The notes under the pieces are model-generated. The model was not told the origin of the DNA and searched no databases. It saw nothing but the letters and a program-made list of their open reading frames with translations. Shown here piece by piece: positions 1 to 4,998 of a stretch of DNA of 25,199 nt. Where the stretch lies: positions 1-25,199 of the IMG/VR virus record IMGVR_UViG_3300023065_000014; one strand, given 5' to 3'. The translations under genes were made by a program, and so were the position numbers. Origin of the DNA: a virus (Duplodnaviria; Caudoviricetes). Positions within the stretch are counted from its first letter, which is position 1; each line of letters opens with the position of its first letter.

Positions 1-14
1 TAGGAATGATTTGA
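1..14 (+). CDS. Probable 3' end of an upstream gene, possibly an ArpU-family late transcriptional activator (partial)
   Basis: (t)TA GGA ATG ATT TGA reads L-G-M-I-stop, resembling the ...ALGMI C-terminus I recall for B. cereus-group phage ArpU proteins. Position upstream of the repeat block and packaging genes fits. Only 4 codons are visible. Confidence 0.4.
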
Positions 15-54
15 TTGCAGATTTGTGACACGCAAACTTTTAGGAGCCAATCAA

Positions 55-83
55 ATTGTATGCATTTACAGATACAATATAGT
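55..83 (+). promoter_or_regulatory. Putative sigma-A promoter for the 119..670 gene, overlapped by an inverted repeat
   Basis: TTGTAT (56-61), 16 bp, TATAGT (78-83). Inverted repeat ATTGTAT (55-61) / ATACAAT (72-78). Confidence 0.4.
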
Positions 84-118
84 TAACAAATTAAATTGAG
101 AAATAGGGAGAGATTAAG

Positions 119-670
119 ATGAAAAAAGATGATATCACAATCGAAATGAGTAGGTTAGCAAGAGTAAAGGATGCTTTATTAGTTGTTGATAATGATGATG
201 TTTTAGAGGAACGATTAGAAGTAGCGAAAGAACTTATCGATGAATTGCAAAATGATCCTGACTTCGATATTCGCTTTTTCCGTGCAAGTGTTTTAGAACA
301 CGCATATGGCATTTATGACGACGGAAAAGAATTGAAAATAGATGAATTACAGATAGAACAAAATATTATGTTAGAAAAGATAGAAAAAAGAGATGACATC
401 GAACGTATCATCTTTAATAAATTAGATGACTTTGTAAATGAGAATCTAGCAGATGATGTTAGGAAAGCTGCATTAGAATTGCATTTTGTCTACAAAGACT
501 ATTTTGAAGTAATTGAAAAAAGATATTTTTATACTCCAGGTGAAAAATTGCCAGATGATATTTGGAATATTATCGTGAAATCTGATAAGCGTTTAACAGA
601 GGTTTGGGATATTTTCACGGACGAGTTTGATTGTATATTGGATGATGAAAACGTAATTAGAAAATGGTAA
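119..670 (+). CDS. Hypothetical protein, 183 aa, strongly acidic
   Basis: ORF with RBS AGGGAG upstream. About 49 D/E versus about 27 K/R by hand count. No family recognised. Confidence 0.85.
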   Translation: MKKDDITIEMSRLARVKDALLVVDNDDVLEERLEVAKELIDELQNDPDFDIRFFRASVLEHAYGIYDDGKELKIDELQIEQNIMLEKIEKRDDIERIIFNKLDDFVNENLADDVRKAALELHFVYKDYFEVIEKRYFYTPGEKLPDDIWNIIVKSDKRLTEVWDIFTDEFDCILDDENVIRKW

Positions 671-741
671 AACACCGAGAAAACACCGAGAAAATAGGGG
701 ATAAAAAGGGGGAATTTTGATAATGAAATCAACGGTATTCT
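669..741 (+). promoter_or_regulatory. Putative activator-dependent late promoter: four 11-bp-phased boxes plus -10
   Basis: AAAACACCGAG twice (669-679, 680-690), then AAAATAGGGGA (691-701) and TAAAAAGGGGG (702-712). TATTCT at 736-741 has no consensus -35 at the proper spacing. ArpU/RinA/Ltr activators bind direct repeats at late promoters. Confidence 0.6.
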
Positions 742-746
742 TAATG

Positions 747-1676
747 TACAAGCCCTTTGACAACCGCATATCGAAGAGGATTAGTACACCTATAGTGAAA
801 CGTTCTTCGCGAGAATGTCACGGTAACGTATACCGCATCAAAAAAGGGGCGGGCAAGGCGGTAAGAACCCGTAATGAGACGAAAAGACCAATTAATGAAG
901 ACATATTCCAGTGTGGCGGGTGTGATACTACTCGCATTCGTCATACTGTTTCTATTGTATTTATCAATCAGCTTGGGAGTCGTCCCCTAAGTTGATAATA
1001 AATATAATACTAGATGCCGTGTCTATGATTTCTACATTTGAAAATGGAATGGGTGATGGTTCATATGATTGAATGAATCGCACATTTCAAAAACTGTAGT
1101 ACAAGAACAAAATCTTCGTCGATTTGAACGGCATTACACTTTCTAGTGATTACTGCGAATCTTCACTAGGCAGAGGGCTTCCGCTCTTTGTTTGAGCAAA
1201 CATGAGGCAGTTCCCCCTCTGTCCCCTCCACATGTTTGTTCACGCAAGAAGCGGAAACTTCTTTTACAAATTTATATTTTGTATTCGTTCCGTGCTTGAA
1301 AATGATTACTATCTACTATAGGAGAGTTCCCATAGCTCTCTTTGAGCATATAGTACGCTGTATGTTGAAAGAGGTTATGAATCTCATACTTTGGGACTTG
1401 CTCCCCGGCGCAACTGAGCGCAGATTGATCACACAGGAATGGATTGACTCGAGGAACGATTCATTCCGACTCTACGGAGTATAAACAAGGAGAGCTTTCG
1501 CTCTTTTCTCGGTCACTGACACAAAGCGTGTAGCTTATATGATGATTGCGGTGATCGAGAAAAGAATGAGAGTAATCTTGTTCTTGAAGAGATACTTTTT
1601 TTGCCATTTGTTATCTCTCTTTTCTCCCATCCCCTTGAAAGAAGATAGTGATTAATGTCATTATCTTCTTTATTTT
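747..1676 (+). ncRNA. Long structured non-coding leader or ncRNA cluster (family not recognised)
   Basis: Near-continuous helices with many G-U pairs on the + strand: 752-758/844-850, 795-821, 821-835, 850-871, 909-948, 954-1008, 1032-1099, 1143-1169, 1179-1256, 1331-1379, 1436-1467, C(UACG)G hairpin 1469-1480, 1502-1565. No convincing CDS. Bounded by a -10 and a terminator. Confidence 0.65.
1638..1676 (+). terminator. Intrinsic terminator-like hairpin closing the structured region
   Basis: AAAGAAGATAGTGA-ttaatg-TCATTATCTTCTTT followed by ATTTT. Confidence 0.6.
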
Positions 1677-1684
1677 GTTATAAT
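1676..1684 (+). promoter_or_regulatory. Extended -10 sigma-A promoter for the 1715..2050 gene
   Basis: TG-T-TATAAT is a perfect TGnTATAAT. Inverted repeat TTTGTTATA (1674-1682) / TATAACAAA (1690-1698) overlaps it. Confidence 0.6.
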
Positions 1685-1714
1685 TTGTATATAACAAACG
1701 AAGGGGATGAAAAA

Positions 1715-2050
1715 ATGACAGTACACACAGAAAACTCGGTTGTGGAAGGTTTAACGAAATGGAAACAAGAATTTATCGATTCTAAAGACAATAAAGTAGA
1801 GGAATTAGAATCGCTTAAGAATGAAAGAGAATTAGTTGTAGAAAAGAGACGTTGTCTGCAATCAGCTCAAGGATTAGTTGAAGAGAAAAGCGCGCGAAGA
1901 GAAGCGATTTCAGCTATGGTTGATGGTCTTGATAAACAACGAAGAGAGTTAGATAAGAAAATCGATCAAGTAACTACACAAATTAATATGATTGATTCCA
2001 TTAATGAAGTAGTAATTGGCGAGATTGATAAAAGAATAGAGTCTAAATAA
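1715..2050 (+). CDS. Hypothetical coiled-coil protein, 111 aa, moron-like
   Basis: RBS AAGGGGA before ATG 1715 (preferred over the ORF-track start 1655). E/K-rich heptad pattern. Has its own promoter and terminator. Confidence 0.85.
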   Translation: MTVHTENSVVEGLTKWKQEFIDSKDNKVEELESLKNERELVVEKRRCLQSAQGLVEEKSARREAISAMVDGLDKQRRELDKKIDQVTTQINMIDSINEVVIGEIDKRIESK

Positions 2051-2052
2051 AC

Positions 2053-2083
2053 AAAAGCATCCATAACGGGTGCTTTTTTCTTT
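2053..2083 (+). terminator. Intrinsic terminator
   Basis: AAAAGCATCC-ataac-GGGTGCTTTT then TTCTTT, directly after the stop codon. Confidence 0.8.
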
Positions 2084-2128
2084 GTTATATAGAATTTACA
2101 TAATAAGCATCTTTAAAGGGTGTATTAG

Positions 2129-2235
2129 GTATAGTTAGGATTGAACATCATATAATGATACAGAAAGGTCTTTTCTAACATGCTGGTTACCTCAATGTGT
2201 ATTATTAGCGCCTGGACAAGGGTGCTTTTTTTATT
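2129..2235 (+). ncRNA. Putative small-RNA cassette 1 (sigma-E-like promoter, about 70 nt body, terminator)
   Basis: GTATA (2129-2133)-15 bp-CATATAAT (2149-2156). Terminator AGCGCCT-ggacaa-GGGTGCT-TTTTTT (2207-2232). No ORF. Confidence 0.45.
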
Positions 2236-2358
2236 GCACCTTTTGAGATGGACAAGCATATATTGTAGTGTAGGACAACCTCTCTCAGGTCCTATTCAAT
2301 ACTCATTAAAAACTCCTACACATTTGGGCATCTACTAATGTGGATGCTCTCTTTTTAT
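2236..2358 (+). ncRNA. Putative small-RNA cassette 2 (sigma-K-like promoter, about 90 nt body, terminator)
   Basis: CACC (2237-2240)-16 bp-CATATATT (2257-2264). Hairpin TAGGAC-aacctctctcag-GTCCTA. Terminator GGGCATCTAC-taat-GTGGATGCTC-TCTTTTT (2326-2356). Confidence 0.55.
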
Positions 2359-2451
2359 GCACGATTTGAATAGGACAAGCATATATTACAGTATGTGGTG
2401 ACACCACTTTATATATCAGAGCACCTAACAATTGTGGGTGCTCTTTTATTT
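2359..2451 (+). ncRNA. Putative small-RNA cassette 3 (sigma-K-like promoter, about 55-60 nt body, terminator)
   Basis: CACG (2360-2363)-16 bp-CATATATTA (2380-2388). Shares GGACAAGCATATATT with cassette 2. Terminator AGAGCACCTA-acaattg-TGGGTGCTCT-TTTATTT (2418-2451). Confidence 0.55.
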
Positions 2452-2490
2452 CGTACATATTGGACACCTAAAAAGGGAGGATGAAGAATA

Positions 2491-2655
2491 ATGGAAAGCA
2501 ACTCAAGTATTATCATCAAAAATAAATCAAGTATTAGTATTACCACGACTGTAAGTAAAGGTGATTTAATTTCTACTATTAATCAAGATACAGACCGTAT
2601 ATGGATTAAAGCTAAAAAAAATAATATTGATGGAAAGGTTGATAATAATGGCTAA
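2491..2655 (+). CDS. Small protein, 54 aa, carrying a tail-fibre-like motif
   Basis: Not in the ORF track. RBS GGGAGG (2475-2480). MESNSSIIIKNKSSISITTTVSKGDLISTINQDTDRIWIKAKKNNIDGKVDNNG. Its end overlaps the next start codon. Confidence 0.65.
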   Translation: MESNSSIIIKNKSSISITTTVSKGDLISTINQDTDRIWIKAKKNNIDGKVDNNG

Positions 2656-2902
2656 AAACAAACTTACTATCAAAGTAGATGCTGATACGACAGAAGCATT
2701 AAAACAAATGAAGGAAGTAACGGAAGCCGCTAATGAATGTGTGGCTGCGTTGGAGAAGTTGGAAACGGTTATGAATAGAATTACAGGTAAAAGTAAACCA
2801 ATCAAATATTTTCCTAAGGTTGGTATTGAATTATGCGGTGAAGTGAAACCTTCAGACATCATACAACGAATTAATAATACAGAAGAAAAAATCTGGATTT
2901 AA
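2648..2902 (+). CDS. Hypothetical phage protein, 84 aa
   Basis: RBS GAAAGG before ATG 2648 (MAKNKLTIKVDADT...), in frame with ORF-track 2627..2902. Confidence 0.75.
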   Translation: MAKNKLTIKVDADTTEALKQMKEVTEAANECVAALEKLETVMNRITGKSKPIKYFPKVGIELCGEVKPSDIIQRINNTEEKIWI

Positions 2903-2905
2903 GTT

Positions 2906-2983
2906 GTGATTAAACCAATAGCAATTATCCTAGGCACTGCCGTGATCGGTACAGCGTCTTATTTTATTTTGCGAAGGGAGTGA
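2906..2983 (+). CDS. Micro-ORF, 25 aa, single hydrophobic helix
   Basis: GTG start. MIKPIAIILGTAVIGTASYFILRRE. Fills the gap between neighbours, but the RBS is weak. Confidence 0.4.
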   Translation: MIKPIAIILGTAVIGTASYFILRRE

Positions 2984-2987
2984 TGGG

Positions 2988-3086
2988 ATGTTTTGGTTAG
3001 GAGGACTTACAGGATATCTTGTAGGTACACTTGTTACATTATTGGTGATCTACTTCGGATATCGGATTGGTGAGATGAGTCAGTGA
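2988..3086 (+). CDS. Micro-ORF, 32 aa, single transmembrane peptide
   Basis: RBS AAGGGAG. MFWLGGLTGYLVGTLVTLLVIYFGYRIGEMSQ. Confidence 0.6.
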   Translation: MFWLGGLTGYLVGTLVTLLVIYFGYRIGEMSQ

Positions 3087-3138
3087 AGAAGGAAATGGAG
3101 TAGTTGAAAGCGTTAAAGAATGATAAGGGGTGAGGGGA

Positions 3139-3264
3139 ATGTGGGGTCCAGTAACTGGAAGAGACGTACTAGAGTTCTTTTGGGAGTATAAGTGGTATGT
3201 ACTGAAGATGTCATGTATTCCCTTCTTAATCGGATTAGGAACAGGGTGGATTATATGGGGATGA
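3139..3264 (+). CDS. Micro-ORF, 41 aa, C-terminal transmembrane segment
   Basis: RBS AAGGGGTGAGG. MWGPVTGRDVLEFFWEYKWYVLKMSCIPFLIGLGTGWIIWG. ATGA overlap with the next gene. Confidence 0.6.
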   Translation: MWGPVTGRDVLEFFWEYKWYVLKMSCIPFLIGLGTGWIIWG

Positions 3265-3404
3265 CTAGAGAAGAAATGATTCGATTCGTCATTGAAGGCG
3301 GAAAAGAGTTTGGAGAAGATTACACTCTTAAAGGATTAGAGAATATGTCCGATGAAGAATTGAAGAAAGAAGTTGAATGGGTGGATTATCTGTTAGATAA
3401 GTAA
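3261..3404 (+). CDS. Hypothetical acidic protein, 47 aa
   Basis: ATGA coupling to the previous ORF supports start 3261 (MTREEMIRFVIEGG...) rather than 3192. Confidence 0.65.
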   Translation: MTREEMIRFVIEGGKEFGEDYTLKGLENMSDEELKKEVEWVDYLLDK

Positions 3405-3481
3405 TCCTAACAAAACAAACAACTCAACGAACAAAAATAGAGATAGTTAACAAAATGCAGGGTGGTTTCACAATCCCTTTA

Positions 3482-3598
3482 AAATCAATACTTTGAATGT
3501 ATACTTTTGTTAGTGGTTTTTGCTAAAACAGCTAAAACGCTATGAGTTCAATGAAATCAATGTTTTGAATGTAAACTAATGGGTAAAAGTTTACATTC
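3482..3598. repeat. Direct and inverted repeat cluster (protein-binding or recombination-site-like)
   Basis: AAATCAATACTTTGAATGTA (3482-3501) versus AAATCAATGTTTTGAATGTA (3554-3573), 18/20 identical. Perfect 11-bp IR GAATGTAAACT (3567-3577) / AGTTTACATTC (3588-3598). Tandem GCTAAAAC twice at 3522-3538. Confidence 0.7.
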
Positions 3599-3626
3599 GC
3601 ACGAACAATTTAAACGATGAATTATT

Positions 3627-3655
3627 AAGTAGCGAATCCGCTGCTTTTTTATTTT
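3627..3655 (+). terminator. Intrinsic terminator
   Basis: AAGTAGCG-aatc-CGCTGCTT then TTTTATTTT. Confidence 0.75.
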
Positions 3656-3688
3656 ATAAAGGAATTACCATAAGGAGGAGTTAGAGAA

Positions 3689-3901
3689 ATGAAACTAAGT
3701 AAACAAGAACAAACAGTTATTATCGGTCAGTTAATAAATGTTATTGGTGTGGGGTTAGCAAAACAACGCATTGATCCACAGAAACTAGAAAAGGCTGTAG
3801 CTATGCATAACGAAATAAGTGATGATATGACACCGAAGCAAACAAGGGAAACGCTTATTAGTGTGTTAGATAAGACGATTGACGAATTCCTAAAAGCTTA
3901 A
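3689..3901 (+). CDS. Hypothetical phage protein, 70 aa
   Basis: Strong RBS AAGGAGG; intact ORF. Confidence 0.85.
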   Translation: MKLSKQEQTVIIGQLINVIGVGLAKQRIDPQKLEKAVAMHNEISDDMTPKQTRETLISVLDKTIDEFLKA

Positions 3902-3939
3902 ACAAAAAAACTAATAGAGTTTATCGTGAGGTGGTAGAT

Positions 3940-4143
3940 GTGGCAGCAATTCCAACAAAAGTAATTACTTGTTCATACTGTGAAGGGACAGGGAAAGAAA
4001 TAAATCATTTCGACCCACCAGTTATTGAACATAGAAGATCAATGACTGTGTTAGAACCACAACGGACAATTAGCGGCCGAGAGATATTAGATGATCCTTG
4101 TCCTGCTTGTAATGGAACATTAATGATTAGAGTAATTAAATAA
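3940..4143 (+). CDS. Small zinc-finger protein (DnaJ-type CxxCxGxG motifs), 67 aa
   Basis: CSYCEGTG and CPACNGT. RBS GAGGTGG favours GTG at 3940. Confidence 0.75.
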   Translation: MAAIPTKVITCSYCEGTGKEINHFDPPVIEHRRSMTVLEPQRTISGREILDDPCPACNGTLMIRVIK

Positions 4144-4173
4144 CTATTAAGGGATTACCGCGAGGTGGTGAAT

Positions 4174-4998
4174 ATGGCTAGGCAACGTAGCCCAGATCGT
4201 GACAAAGCATTTGAAATATATAAAGCAAGTAAAGGCGAGAAGCCGCTTGTTGAGATTGCCGAAGACCTCGGTATCTCAGAAGGTACAGTTCGAGGGTGGA
4301 AAAACAAGGATAAGTGGAACGATAAAATTTATGGAACGTTCCGTAAAAATGAAAAGAACGCTCCGGATAATACGGAACGTTCCGTAAAAACAGGTGCACC
4401 CATAGGCAATAAGAATGCAGTTGGTAATAAAGGTGGAGCTCCGAAAGGAAACTCGAACGCTGTTGGATTTGGTGCTCCCAAACAAAACGCTAATGCTGTA
4501 ACGCATGGATTGTTCAGAAAGATAATTCCTAACGACGATCAACACGCAATGGAATTACTTGATGAAATACAAAATCATACAGAATTAGATATGTTGTTTA
4601 ATTCCATTCAGCTGCAATACTTCAATATCCTCAATTCACAGCGCATTATGCATGTTCGTGATAAAGATGATATGTCACGAGAGGTTATTAGTGAATCGGA
4701 AGCTGGTGAATCTTACACTGTTCAATTCGCATGGGATAAGCAAGCTAATTTACTAACTGCATACGCAAGGGCCATGACTACATTATCTTCTATGATAGAA
4801 CGCTTTGATAAGTTAGCTAATGTAGATGATGAGCGAAGATTGAAGTTAGTTCAAATGAAGACTAATATCGAGAAAACACAAGCGGATACTGACTTCGCAC
4901 AAGAACGCGCAGCAAAACTCAAAGGTCAAAAGAAAGATACTTCATTACTCGATGCATTAATAGAAGGGCGTAAACAATATGAGCAAAACAGCGATTAA
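4174..4998 (+). CDS. terS: Terminase small subunit
   Basis: N-terminal HTH (LVEIAEDLGISEGTVRGWKNKDKW), GAPxGNxNA repeats followed by THG, RBS GAGGTGG, overlap with terL. Confidence 0.93.
   Translation: MARQRSPDRDKAFEIYKASKGEKPLVEIAEDLGISEGTVRGWKNKDKWNDKIYGTFRKNEKNAPDNTERSVKTGAPIGNKNAVGNKGGAPKGNSNAVGFGAPKQNANAVTHGLFRKIIPNDDQHAMELLDEIQNHTELDMLFNSIQLQYFNILNSQRIMHVRDKDDMSREVISESEAGESYTVQFAWDKQANLLTAYARAMTTLSSMIERFDKLANVDDERRLKLVQMKTNIEKTQADTDFAQERAAKLKGQKKDTSLLDALIEGRKQYEQNSD

Noticed and set aside
717-995. ORF-track 92-aa ORF and its antisense 741..944
   Set aside because: It starts upstream of the predicted TSS, has atypical composition, and overlaps the densely paired RNA domain. Better explained as non-coding.
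1236-1484. ORF-track 82-aa ORF
   Set aside because: TTG start buried in a stem with no RBS; runs through RNA helices.
1461-1607. Minus-strand 48-aa ORF MAKKVSLQEQ...
   Set aside because: The G-rich SD-like sequence is too far from the ATG, there is no recognisable protein, and G-U pairing favours the + strand RNA. Not fully excluded.
747-1676. tRNA, self-cleaving ribozyme or group I/II intron
   Set aside because: I found no cloverleaf with a T-loop GTTCRA, no hammerhead, twister or pistol core, and no intron domain V by eye. A covariance search is still needed.
2207-2451. Possible CRISPR or mini-array from repeated GGACAAG(CATATATT)
   Set aside because: Only two full 15-bp copies, 123 bp apart; no cas genes; the repeats coincide with promoter -10 elements.
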